This document shows, one piece after another, positions 11,931 through 23,597 of a stretch of 64,000 nt of DNA (within the stretch, counting starts at the first letter, position 1; every line of letters starts with the position of its first letter). Source of the DNA: Chiloscyllium plagiosum (taxonomy: Eukaryota); the NCBI RefSeq assembly GCF_004010195.1, contig NC_057718.1:71023790-71087789 (forward strand), written 5' to 3'. The position numbers were made by a program, and so were the translations under genes. The notes below the pieces were generated by a model, which was not told the origin of the DNA, searched no databases, and saw only the letters and a program-made list of their open reading frames with translations.

Positions 11931-13940
11931 CTCACCTTTTTGGTTCATAACATAAGGTCTTTTTACAGAATAAATCGAAGCCCAGGAGTAGAGGTCCAGT
12001 ACAAAAGACATCATGGGAAAACTATGTTTATTGCTATTAATTTGATTATTATGGTTGCTTTCAGGTTGAAGGTAAATAGGGAAAATATTTCAGGTTACAG
12101 AAAGAAATTTTAAAAATCAAGAACTAAGTAACTAAAATAGAGTTGCAGGGTCAGACGAGGGAGCTACAACCATTGTAGGTTGTAGTAACCACATCTTGAG
12201 GTAAGTGCTGATTGCTTGAGGAACTCTGGCTCAGAGTTAATGAGCTAGAGTCTGGGCTTTGAACACTGTGAAACATCAAGAAGGGGGGAGTTTGTTTTCT
12301 TCATATGCTGCTGTACATAGCCAAACTGCTTTTATGGCTCTGTATTTTTTTGTGGATAAATTATGTTTTTCAAATTAAAAAAGTGTTACCTGGATGATGT
12401 GTCACACTCTTTAGGTTAATTACCTCAAATTCGATTAGTAGTCAGAGACAGGAGGATATGAATACAAGTGAGACAGGTCGAGCAATCCAGGAGGTAGCAC
12501 TAAAGCAGTGGCAGCCCTTGAGCTTGTTGAGCAGGTTTGATATTCTTGTCCCCTAAGTGGGAGAGAGCAGGCACTGTAGGAAGGACCATAACACCGTGGT
12601 ATAGGGAGCCATTTAAGAGGGGCTGAGGGGGGTTGTATTGAGGATATTATAATCAGGGGTATAGATTGAGAATCCCGAAGGCTAGATTGCCCACCTGTTG
12701 CCCAAGTTCATAATATCTCATCTGGACGCAGAGGATCTTGGAGTGGGAGGGGAAAGATCCAGTTTTTGTGGTCCACATGGGATGACAGTATAGGTAGAAA
12801 AAAAGCTCTGCTAAAAGAATATGAACAGCTAGGGGCTAAATTAAAAAGCATAAGTAGAAAGGTAATAAGCTCCGGATTATTACTTGAGCTATGAACTAAT
12901 TGGCACAAGGGCAACAAGATTAAAGAGATAAACACGTGGATCAAAGCTTGGCGTGGAAGAATGGGTTCAATTTCATGGGACATTGGCACCAGTACTGGGG
13001 ATGGACGGAGTTGTTCCATTGAGATGGGATCCTCATGCTGGGACCTGAGTCCTGGCAAATCGCATAATTAGCAATATGAATAGGCCTTCAAACTAAATAG
13101 TGGAAGTGGGTTCAGCTGAATGGAAAACTATGGAAAAAGTTAAAGGGGTGAAGGACTCAGCAGAGGTTACTAACATTTCCAGAACAAGTAATAGGACAGA
13201 GAGTTTGGAAAAGCTTAGTATTCTAACTTTAGACAAAGCAGATAAGGGGGCAACTATGCAAATATCAATGCAGGAGTGAACGTATTATACTTAAATGCAC
13301 GCAGTTTATGAAACAAGGTAAATGAGCTTTTGAACAGTTTGAAATTTGCACGTACGATGTTATGGTTATCACAGATGTGGCTGCAAGCAAATCATGGCTG
13401 GTAACTATCGAAGGATACATGACCTACTGAAAGGATGGGCAGCGGGGTCAGGATTGCCTTGTTATTAAGAAATAGAATTAAATAGAGAGCAAAAAGTGAT
13501 ATGGAGTCAGAAGGTGTAGCATCCACATGGGTACAGTCGAGGAATTGCAAAGGAGAAAACACCCTAATGGGAGTCATGTAATAGCCTCTGAGCCAATAGT
13601 CAGGCTGTGGGGCAGAAAATAATTCAGGAAATAGAAAAGGCATATAAGACAACATTACAATAATCAGTGGGGACTTCAATATGCAGTTGGACTGGGAAAA
13701 ATCAGGTTGTTAGCTGATCTCAAGAAAAGAGGTTTGTGGAAGGCCTACGGGAATTTTTTTTTAAGCAGCTCATATTATAGCCCACTAGGGAACAGATAAT
13801 TCTGGATTTGTGATGTGTAGTGAGGCAGGCTTGATTTGAGAGCTAAGTGTGTGAATGAACACCGAGGGAGCGGTGACCATAATATGATAGAATTCACCCT
13901 GCATTTTGAGGGAGAGAAGCTAAAATCAGATGTAACAGTA

Positions 13941-14098
13941 CAAAGGAACCTCTATTATCTGAAGTACACGAGTGGTGAGTATTTTGCTCAGTTAATCGAA
14001 TTCTGGATAATTCAATGCTGGATAACATAGTTTAGCCAAGTATTGGGACATTGCAATCTTGCCAGATAATCCGATATTCGGATAATTGAGGTTCCTCT
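13941..14098. mobile_element. Short Tigger-like MITE inside a CR1
   Basis: Inverted termini aggaacctctattatctgaa / ttcggataattgaggttcct; TA on the left. Confidence 0.7.
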
Positions 14099-14106
14099 AA
14101 ATTACA

Positions 14107-14322
14107 GAGAGGAAAGTGAGGACTGCAGATGCTGGAGATCAGAGCTGAAAATGTGTTGCTGGAAAAGCGCAGCAGGTCAGGCAGCATCCAAGGAGCAGGA
14201 GAATCAACGTTTCGGGCATGAGCCTTTCTCCTGAAGAAGGGCTCATGCCCGAAACGTCGATTCTCCTGCTCCTTGGATGCTGCCTGACCTGCTGCGCTTT
14301 TCCAGCAACACATTTTCAGCTC
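14107..14322. mobile_element. Non-coding palindromic PLE derivative with a hammerhead motif at the apex
   Basis: ~85-bp inverted arms, 35-nt unpaired tail, TSD (tc)ctctaaattaca. Confidence 0.9.
14229..14262 (+). ncRNA. Minimal type I hammerhead ribozyme motif (PLE-associated)
   Basis: CUGAAGA-A-GGGC(UCAU)GCCC-GAAA-CG-UC; predicted cleavage after C14258; palindromic ACGU helix III; helix I only 2 bp in this copy. Activity not shown. Confidence 0.7.
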
Positions 14323-16425
14323 CTCTAAATTACAACTGAGCAAAGGAAACTACAAAGACATGAGACACAAGCTGGTCAGAGGTGATTAGAAGGGAGCCAT
14401 CAGAGCAGCAATGACTGAAGTTTCTGGGGGTAATTCGGAGGTACAGCAGAAATTCATCCCAATGAAGTAACATACTACAGTGAGAATGAGGAAGGAAGTC
14501 AGGGACAGCATAAAAGCAAACGAAAAAAGAATTACCATGTGGTGAAGATTAGTGAGAAGTCTTTAAAAACCAGCAAATGTCAACTAAAAATGCAATAATG
14601 GGGAGAAAGATGAAATACGAGGGTAAGCTGGCTAGGAATAAAGAATAAATTTGCAAGTTTTTTTTAAGATATCAAATTGAAAGAGAAAGGCAAGAGTGGG
14701 CATTGGACTGTTAGGAAAATGAAACTAGAGAGCAAAGAAATGGTGGAGGAACTGAGCGGGTATTTTGCATCAGATTTCACAGCGGAAGACACCAGTAGCA
14801 TACTGGGAGACTCCAAGAGAATCAGGGACAGAGCTGAGTATAGTGGCCATCACTAAGAAGGTGCTGAGGAGGCTAAAATGTCTGGAGGTGGATAAATTAC
14901 CCAGACCAGATGGACTCCACCCCAGAGTTCTGAAGGAGACAACTGAGTAGGTTGTAGAGACATTGGTGATGATCTTTCAAAAATCACTGGAGGCAGAGTG
15001 GGTCTTAGCAGACTGGAAAATGGCTAATGTACCACACTTGTTTAATAAGGGAGGGGAGCAGAAGACATGAAAATATAGGTCAGTTTGCCTGACTTCAGTT
15101 GTTGCTAAGATATTAAGAATCCATTATTAAGGATGAGATTATACAGCATACTCGGCACAGCTTCACCAAGGAGAGGTCATGCCTGACACATGTTGGAATT
15201 CTTTGAGGAGATAATGAGCAAGTTAGACAAAGAAGAGCCGATCGGCATCTATTTGGATTTCCAGAAGACCTTTGGCAAGGTGCTGCACAAAAAGGGTTCT
15301 AAATAAGATATCAGTCCATGGTGTTAGGGCAAGTTACTGGCATGGTTAGAGGAATGACTGACTAGCAGTAGGCAGAGGTATAGGGGCCTTTTTCAGGATG
15401 GCATCCACATGCGACCACAACTATTCATGTTATACATTAATGATGTGAACAAAGGAATTGAGAGTTTGCAAATGACACAAAGATAGGTAGAAGGGCAGGT
15501 AATGTTGAGGAGGTGGGGAAGCTGCAGAAGGACTTGGATAGGTTAGGAGATTGGACAAAGAAGTGGCAGATGGAATACAAGGGGGAAGAAGTGTTAAGTT
15601 ATTGCACTTTGATAGGGAGAATAGCGGTGTAAACTATTTTCGAAATGGACACTTTGAAAGAGACTTAAGAGTCCAAGTTCAGAATTCTTTTCAGGTTAAT
15701 ATGAAGGTATGCAGTTAGGAAGGCAAATGTAATGTCCGCATTAATTTTGAGAGGGCTAGAAATACAGTGGGGGCCTTTTTCAAGATGGGGTAGAAATGTG
15801 GTGCTGAGGCATTTTGAATGTTGTGAGCAGTTTTGGGCCCTGTATCTAAGGAAGGATTCTGCTGGTTTTGGAGAGAGTCCAGTGGAGCTAAGAATAATTT
15901 TGAGAATGAAGGCTGGTCATATGAGGAACAATTAAGATCTGTGGGTCTGTACTCAGTGGAGTTTAGAAGGATATCTCATTCAACAGAACAGAGGCCTTGA
16001 TAGAGTGGACATGCAAATGATGTTTCCAATAGTAGGAGAGACTGGACCCATGGGAACAACCTCAGTGTGAAGGGACAACTCTTTAGAAATGCAAGGAGGA
16101 ATTTCTTCAGCCAGAGGGAGTGTGAATCTCTCATTTGGAGGCCAAGTCTTTGAGTTTATTTAAGATAGAGATAGATAGGTCCTTGACTAATAAGAAGATG
16201 AATGGTTACAGGGAGAAGGCAACAGAATGGGGCTGAGAAACATATCAGCCATGATAAAATGATGGAGCCTATTCCATGAGCCGTGTGGCCCAAATCGTCT
16301 CCTACATCGTAAGTCTGTGCTTACACTGATACCATTCTAAACTAATCCCAGCTGCCTGCACATGGTCCTTTTCTCTCTATTCTCCGCATGTTCATGATTC
16401 TATCTAAATGCCCCTTGAACACTGA

Positions 16426-16670
16426 CTAGATTAGACTCCCTACAGTGTGGAAACAGGCCATTTTGCCCAACAAGTCCACATCGATCCTTTGAAAGCAACC
16501 CATCCATTTCCCTCTGACTAATGCACCAAACATTATGGGTAATTTAGCACAGCCAATTAACCTGACCGATATTGGACTGTGGGAAGAAATCAGAGCATCC
16601 AGAGGAAACCCACGTAGACACAAGGAGAATGTGCAAACTCTACACAGTCGCCCGAGGCTGGAATCAAACC
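16426..16670 (-). mobile_element. HE1-like SINE, 5'-truncated
   Basis: SINE body and tail on the minus strand. Confidence 0.8.
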
Positions 16671-16959
16671 TTTCTTGGCATTTGTTAATGTGATTGGGAT
16701 GTGAGAGTGATGAAGCTTTAAAGCCTGGCAATAATTAAAATTGGGCCAGTGTCTCAGTAAAACTGGAGGCAGGCATTTCTACTTGCCTCAGCTGCAACTT
16801 TGAGACTACCTCTGGAGGCACAGAGCCACACTTCATCTCACCTCAATATGAAAATACGGTGGGGGCCTTTTTCAAGATTCAGAGCTACTGCATTGGGAAG
16901 CTTCCCAATTCAACATTTCTGTTTCCTCCATAAAAATACAATCCAATCTTTCAGGTCAA

Positions 16960-17085
16960 TTACTCGCCTTGATGACCAGTTCATGATGAACGGATATTGA
17001 CTAGAAAAGTTAATGCTGTTTCTGTTCAGATACTGTCTGATCTGCTATTTCCAGCATTTTCTATCACATTTACAGATTTCCCACA
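16960..17085 (+). mobile_element. Highly decayed PLE-terminus-like repeat
   Basis: tgatgaa...gaaaagtt followed by cagatactgtctgatctgct...ttccagcatttt, resembling the PLE terminus. Confidence 0.35.
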
Positions 17086-18227
17086 TTTTAGTTTTGTATT
17101 TCTGCTCATTTATCATTTTTGCGGTTTTAAATGATTTGCTACATTGGCATTAAATCTGTATCTCTAGTTCCAAAGTACTTTATTGATTATGAAATGTTTC
17201 TGGATGCCTTAAAGAGAGAAAAGCTACTGTGTAAACAGTTTTGTTTTCCTTAGGATATAGTCAAGAAATATGAAATTTATGCTATTTACATTTTATTTGC
17301 CATCATTCTTGTACCTTGTAAACTAAGACCAAACTTTGGAGGTCTCAATTCAACACATTGGAATACCATGACAATACTATTTTTAAAAATATTACTTCTG
17401 CTTGTAAACTGATAAGGAAAGACATCAGCAAATGTTTTAATTTCCATCAAAAGCAAATAGTAAATTTAGAATAGATTTAATCAGTGAGGACAAAACAACA
17501 ATTACATTAAAACAGAGATTGGAGGACAGGAAAACAAATGGGGGAAGAAAATAAAAGTATTCACAATTACAATTTTCCATATTTAAATTAGTAATACATT
17601 AGTGATAATGGAACTAATATTGCAGTGAAATACTTCTTAAAGTTTGACTAATATCAAGTAGTGCATCAAAATGAAAGTGTCAGCCATCCCAGACATTCCA
17701 AGACATAGTTCAAAGTTATTAAAATCGGGTAATGGAGGTTCATTTTTACTTGTCACAGTACCTGCTCCAAAACAATAACTCGCTGCAAAGACGTGATCAG
17801 ACAAATGAACTCCTACAATACTTATAAATATCAGCTCTCAAACAACAGCACTGTAATTCTTATTTAGCAGAAGTACAATATACAACCTTATATTAAAAGC
17901 AGCATTAAATAAAAAAAGACCGAAATTCTAAACTTCATTAATATTTTTGAAAAGTAAATCACAGAATTTTTTTATACTTGAATCTGCTTTTTGTGTTGAT
18001 GTTAGCAGGGACAGGAACTACAGCCCTGTCCGTTGGTCAATTTATTTTCTTAATAACGTCTTGAATTTTAAAAATGTAAAAGTAATCTAGCTCACAAAGC
18101 AGCACTCTAATTTTGTTTGTCTCAGAAGCATCCAACCTTAACCGTGATTAGATCTGTAAATTTCTCCCTACATACAAACAAGTTAACACCACAAACATTC
18201 ATGACAAAATACGTGTTCACAAGCTCA

Positions 18228-19973
18228 TTCAAGAAGGGCTGCAAAGAAAAACCTGGAACTGTAGACCAGAAAGCCTAACAATTGTGGTGGGTAAGTTAAT
18301 TGAGCAGAATCTGAGGGATAAGATGTTTGATTAGGAACAGCCAGCATAGCTTTGTGCATGGGAGATCACATCTCACAAATTTATTAGAGTTCTTTGATGA
18401 AGTGACCAGAAAGGTTGATGAGGGCAAGGCAGTAGACATAGTCTATATGGATTTCAGTAAGGCCTTTGAAAAGGTTCCACATGGTAGGCCGCTCTGGAAG
18501 GTTAGATTGCATGGAATCCGAGGGAGCTGACAAGTTGGATACACAATTGACTTGATTTTAGGAAGCAGAGGGTAATACTGGAAGGATGCTTGTCAGACTG
18601 GAGGCCTGTGACTAGTGGAGTGCCTCAGGGGTCGGTGCTGGACCCATTGCTGTTTGTCATCTATACCAATGATTTGGATGAGAATGTACAAAGCATGATT
18701 AGTAAGTTTGCCGGTGACACTAAAATAGGCGGTATCATGGACAGTGAGGAAACTTATCAAAAATGGCAGGAGGTCATTGATCAGCTGGAGAAGTGAGTTG
18801 AGAAATGGAAAATGGATTTTAATATAGTTTGAAAAGTCAAATCAAGATGGTAGTTTCATGGTGAATGGTAGAAGCCTTAAGGAGTGCAGTGGATCAGATG
18901 GACCTTAGAGTTCAGGTGCAGTTTTCTGAAAGTGGAGTCACAGGTAGATAGGGAAATGAAGAAGGCTTTTAGCACACTGGCCGTTATCAGTCAGGGAATT
19001 GAGTATAAAAGTTGGAAAGTTATATTGCAATTGTACAGGACTTTGGTGAGGACACACTTGGAGTACTGTGTTCAGTTTTGATCACCTTGCTAATAGGATG
19101 TTATTAAACTGGAAAGAGTGCAGAAGAAATTTACAATGATGTTGCCAGGACTCAATGTTCTGAGTTATAGGGAAAGGTTGAACAAGCTAGGACTTTATTC
19201 TTTACAGCGTAGGAGACTGAGCAGGGAGGATCTTACAGAAGTGAACAAAATCATGAGAGGCATGGGTAGGGTGAATACACTTTTGCCCAGGGTTGGGGAA
19301 TCGAGGATTAGAGGGTATCAGTTTAAGGTTAGAGGTGAAAGAGTAAAAGGAAACCTGAGGAGCAACTTTTTTTTAAACAGAGGGCGGTACGTATATGGAA
19401 TGAGCTGCCAGTGGAAGTTGTTGAGGCAGGTACTTTAATAACATTTAAAAGGCATTTGGATAAACACATGGATAGCAAAGGTTTAGAGGATATGGGTCAA
19501 AAAGTGTGGTGCTGGAAAAGCACATCAGGTCAGGCAGTATTCAAGGAGCAGCAGAATTGATGTTTCAGACATAAGCTTTTCATCAGGAATGTGGGGGGCG
19601 GTCAACGGGGCTTAGAGATAAATAAGAGGATGGGGCTGGGGGAAGGTAGCTGGAAAGGCGATAGGTGGATGAAGGTGGAGGCTGATAGGTCGGACCTACC
19701 ATGCCTCACCTTCATCAACCTATTGCCTTCCCGGCTACCTTCCTCACAGCCCCACCTCCATCCTCCTATTTATCTCTCAGCCCCCTTCCATCTGCTGTGC
19801 TTTTCCAGTGCCATACTTTTCGACTCTGATCTCCAACTTCTGCAATCCTCACTTTTCCCTCAGAAAGATATAGGCCAAGTGCAGGGAAATGGGGTGAGAG
19901 GAGATGGACATTTTGGTTGGCATGGACCAGTTTGGGCCAAAGGGCCTGTCTCCATGCTGTCAGGCTCTATGAC
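18228..19973 (+). mobile_element. CR1 LINE (RT plus 3' end), 8-bp TSD caagctca, downstream of the TMEM181 stop
   Basis: [31 protein letters not shown] at 18220-18227 and 19974-19981. Confidence 0.9.
19500..19865. mobile_element. PLE fold-back remnant nested in a CR1 tail
   Basis: Minus arm ~19500-19693, plus arm ~19694-19862; imperfect TSD gatatgggtcaa / gatataggccaa. Confidence 0.8.
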
Positions 19974-20281
19974 CAAGCTCAAAAGGTTTTTGAAGAAAAA
20001 ACTATTTATAATTCTTTTCCCTTTGGAAGAAAAAAACCCTAATCATCCACATACATGTCTGCTCCTTTGCTCACATGATATAGACCAGCTAGATGAGGTG
20101 CTTGGAGAATGAAAATGTAAGTCTTTACTTGTGAAGTCACAATAAGATGACTTTAATTGCAAAATTCAGCTAAGTAAGTAGTTGGCAGCATGAAAAATTG
20201 AAGAAAACTCAAGTCCACCCATTTTCAGGATTCAGTAAGTGTATACATTCTTGCTAACAATTAGTCCTTTGAAGGCATACT

Positions 20282-20360
20282 TCAGTCACTGTCTGACTCA
20301 TCCTTGTATTTCGATTTACTGACACGGCCATTTTGTAGAGGCATTTCTTCATAATCACTC
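20282..20360 (-). CDS. TMEM181: TMEM181 last coding exon (SDYEEMPLQNGRVSKSKYKDESDSD-stop)
   Basis: tgttAG|GAGTGAT...GACTGA; stop TGA at 20284-20282; acidic C-terminus typical of TMEM181. Confidence 0.95.
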
Positions 20361-21551
20361 CTAACATGGAAAAGTTCAAAATTACTGAAGAAAAACGTCA
20401 ATTTTCAAAAAAAACTGGTTCAAGTGATCAAGATCATGTTAAAAGTGTTTTACTTGCATCATTTACATTTTCTTTTATTCATTCACAGGTGGTATACCCC
20501 ATTGGGAAGACCAGCATTTTTGCTTATCAGCCCTTGAGAAGATCATGCTGAGTTGCCTCTTAACCACAATTAAAAGCTTGCTCGCCCATTTAATATGCAG
20601 TTTATTGTCAATTACAGAGCTGCAGCTCTGGAGTCACACACTGACCAGACCTGATGAGCATGGCACAGTTCTTTCCTCAAAATGATTTTAGTAAACCAGA
20701 TGATTTTTTTAAAACAAAGTTCATATTTCCATAGTCACTTGTACAGATGATCTTGTTTTATTCCATATTTATTTAACTTTAAATTTAAAGTTGCCCAACT
20801 TTCATGGTAGGATTTAATTTTGTGTTTCCAGATCATTATTCATACCTGAAAAGCCCTGTGAAATATCTATAAAATATGTTGTTACATTATGGCTCAAACA
20901 TACTGGATAAGAATCTTTTAGCTGCATATCTCACATCATAAACTAATAAGATTTTAACATATCCAAACTAAACTTAAGCAAACAAGAGCTTCTATGTGTC
21001 CAACTTAAGACAAGTAAGATCATGCAATCTTCCAGTGGAGAGCTATGCAATTGATGTGACTAATCAGTGTTCCAGCCAATTTGGTGGTTTGACAAACTGA
21101 TCTGTGCAGCATGCTCTTCAGTTACTTGCTTTACTATCTCGCCTTCCATATGATGTTGAAAGTGAGGAGTGCTAATTTGTGAACCAATTTCAAGTTTTGT
21201 TTCATATATGGGTTTAAAGTGGACGTAGGTTATAGGCAGCAACTCATCCAAAGAACACAACTGGTCTCATGCAGGTTCTACCCTATTGTGGTGAGATTCC
21301 AGACTTCCTGTTAGCTTGACTAGTTTGTTTAAGCCACCTACTTTGCAAAAGAGGCATCTTATGGTTACATCTGCAGATCTATCCCAATAATTGCTTTCCT
21401 GATCATAATTATTCTTGATCGATCCAGTTTAATATTAATTTAATATTGGATAAACGCACTGAATGATCAAGCTAGCATTGTTGCCTTACACTTTAGTTTT
21501 AAGTTACGTTCTGCTCTTGGGAATTTTAGAATTTTCTGTTTTACAATTCGT

Positions 21552-21913
21552 GGGCAGCACGGTGGCACAGTGGTTAGCACTGCTGCCTCACAGCGCCAGA
21601 GACCTGGATTCAATTCCCGCCTTAGGCGACTGACTGTGTGGAGTTTGCACGTTCTCCCCGTGTCTGCATGGGTTTCCTCTAGGTGCTCNGCACATCTTTG
21701 GATTGTGGGAGGAAACCGGAGCACCCAGAGGAAACCCACGCAGACACGGGGAGAATGTGCAAACTCCACACAGTCAGTCGCCTGAGTCGGGAATTGAACC
21801 CGGGTCTCTGGCGCTGTGAGGCAGCAGTGCTAACCACTGTGCCACCGTGTTGCCCACACTTGTTGGGCCGAAGGGCCTGTTTCCACACTGTAAGTAATCT
21901 AATCTAATCTAAC
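21552..21913. mobile_element. HE1-like SINE pieces: inverted pair of 5' halves joined at a single N, plus a plus-strand tail
   Basis: 21552-21688 (+), 21690-21855 (-), tail 21856-21913 (+). Confidence 0.8.
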
Positions 21914-22599
21914 AACTGTATCTTTATTTGCAGATACTTGGTGAAGAATACCAGTCTGTAATTACTTGTAATCCTTATTGAACCTGATATGAAATATCAA
22001 TCAGCAGAGGCCTGCAATACTGTGGGCCTATCTAGCTAATCTAGATCCTAAGTGTTTTGTAGGGAGCAAACAATACTCCCTTCTGTGGTATGTTCTAAAT
22101 ATAGGTATATCCCACTTTCCCAAAAGCTGCAAAACTGTTACTGAATATAACAAAGTGACTCATGTAGCTTTTACATCAATATGAACCCAAAATTTCTGTC
22201 TAAATATGCACCAGACATAGTAATGATACAAATTAGAAATTGGGCATTTATCGTTTTTATCTTCTAATCAATGCCTTTCGTATTTTTGAGTGATGCAGAG
22301 GTACAAAAGTATTCTCTAATGTACAGGCTGGCCCACTGTTTAAGGTGCAAAGACAAGCTGATCAACATCAAATTTGTGCAAACTTTCCCTCACAAGCATT
22401 GCATAACTTTCATTTTTATGATTGGAAAGGTCAAACAAGAAATGAATAATTGTCCGAGCTGTACTGCACACACTTCCAGAATTAAAAATTTACATTCCTG
22501 AAAGAACCAATTTCCTTTGGAAAACAAACACAAATGAATGATGTGTCAACAGTGGAAAATTGTGAATAAAGAAAGCTATGATTTAAACACTTAACTCAC

Positions 22600-22666
22600 C
22601 CATAAATCACATCATCATCAGAATCATTCAGCATGGAAAAGGCTGGGTTATCCTTTAGCTGGGATT
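22600..22666 (-). CDS. TMEM181: TMEM181 penultimate coding exon (ESQLKDNPAFSMLNDSDDDVIYG)
   Basis: ccttAG|AATCCCAG...TATGG|GTgagt; 67 nt. Confidence 0.95.
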
Positions 22667-23002
22667 CTAAGGAGAGGGAACATTATTAAAATAGGTTCCT
22701 TTGCAAAGACAGATCTGAAAAGTATTTCAATGTAGAGATGTTACCATTTACAACATATACTTGGTACATTTTCCTCTGCTTTAAGGATATGAAATTTCTT
22801 CGTAATCTTTTGCCATGTCATTCCAACCAGGGAAGAACAGTTTTCTTAATCTATATTTTTGTATTAATTTTTAAAATAGACTCTTGCTGGATTTAAAATG
22901 GATAAAATACAGAATAGAAAAGGTGGCTGCTTCTAGAAATTTCCAGGAATTACCAGGTCAACACATAACTCATCACTCTTTGGAATGTCACATCTCTCAC
23001 CA

Positions 23003-23202
23003 TCAGTTCTTCTATAACGTGATAGCTGCATTCTTGTGCAAGCCCGCGTTATAAAAAATCATGCTTTTGCAAAAGCGCTTCCAGTATTGGTGCTGGAATC
23101 GCATTACAGTCACACATTTTAAAAGTTCTTGCTTTAGAAACAGCGTTCCCAATTCATCAATTGTGTTACAGCGAACATGTTATAACGGAACAACCTATAC
23201 TG
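23003..23202. mobile_element. Degenerate DNA-transposon MITE (MER6/Tigger-like)
   Basis: Imperfect inverted ends gttcttctataac / gttataacggaac. Confidence 0.4.
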
Positions 23203-23363
23203 CAATAAAACACACACAAAAGAGCAACAAATAATGTGTCTATCCCCAGTCAATTCTGAACAAAGGACACAATTGAAATTATATGGCTCAAATAGTGTTA
23301 ATACCCCCACAGCTATCTCAAACAACAAACAATAGTTTCGATGAGAGACTTCAAAATCACATT

Positions 23364-23578
23364 AGGAGAAAGTGAGAACTGCAGATGCTGGAGATCAGAG
23401 CTTAAAAATGTGTTGCTGGAAAAGTGCAGCAGGTCAGGCAGCATCAAAGGAACAGGAAAATCGACGTTTCGGGCATAAGCCAATTTCCTGAAGAAGGGCT
23501 TATGCCCAAAACGTCGATTCTCTTGTTCCTTTGATGCTGCCTGACCTCCTGCGCTTTTCCAGCAACACATTTTTAAGA
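23364..23578. mobile_element. Second non-coding palindromic PLE derivative with a hammerhead motif
   Basis: ~80-bp inverted arms, ~37-nt tail, 13-bp TSD tcaaaatcacatt; ctgaagaagggcttatgcccaaaacgtc from 23488. Confidence 0.9.
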
Positions 23579-23597
23579 TCAAAATCACATTGTCAAG

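Larger units (their letters stand above)
12450..16310 (+). mobile_element. Old, long CR1 LINE (ORF1 esterase-like region, endonuclease, RT), heavily decayed
   Basis: GSGDHNMIEF, VDKLPRPDGLHPRVLKE and typical CR1 3' end. Boundaries approximate. Confidence 0.8.
17150..20281 (-). other. TMEM181: Putative TMEM181 3' UTR (extent uncertain)
   Basis: AT-rich unique sequence downstream of the stop. Candidate poly(A) signals on the minus strand: ATTAAA 20157-20152; AATAAA 18046-18041, 17297-17292, 17184-17179. No transcript data. Confidence 0.4.

Noticed and set aside
21552..21855. Inverted SINE pair as a functional dsRNA hairpin in the last TMEM181 intron
   Set aside because: The join is exactly at a single N, and the two halves overlap one SINE whose tail follows; likely a scaffolding artefact.
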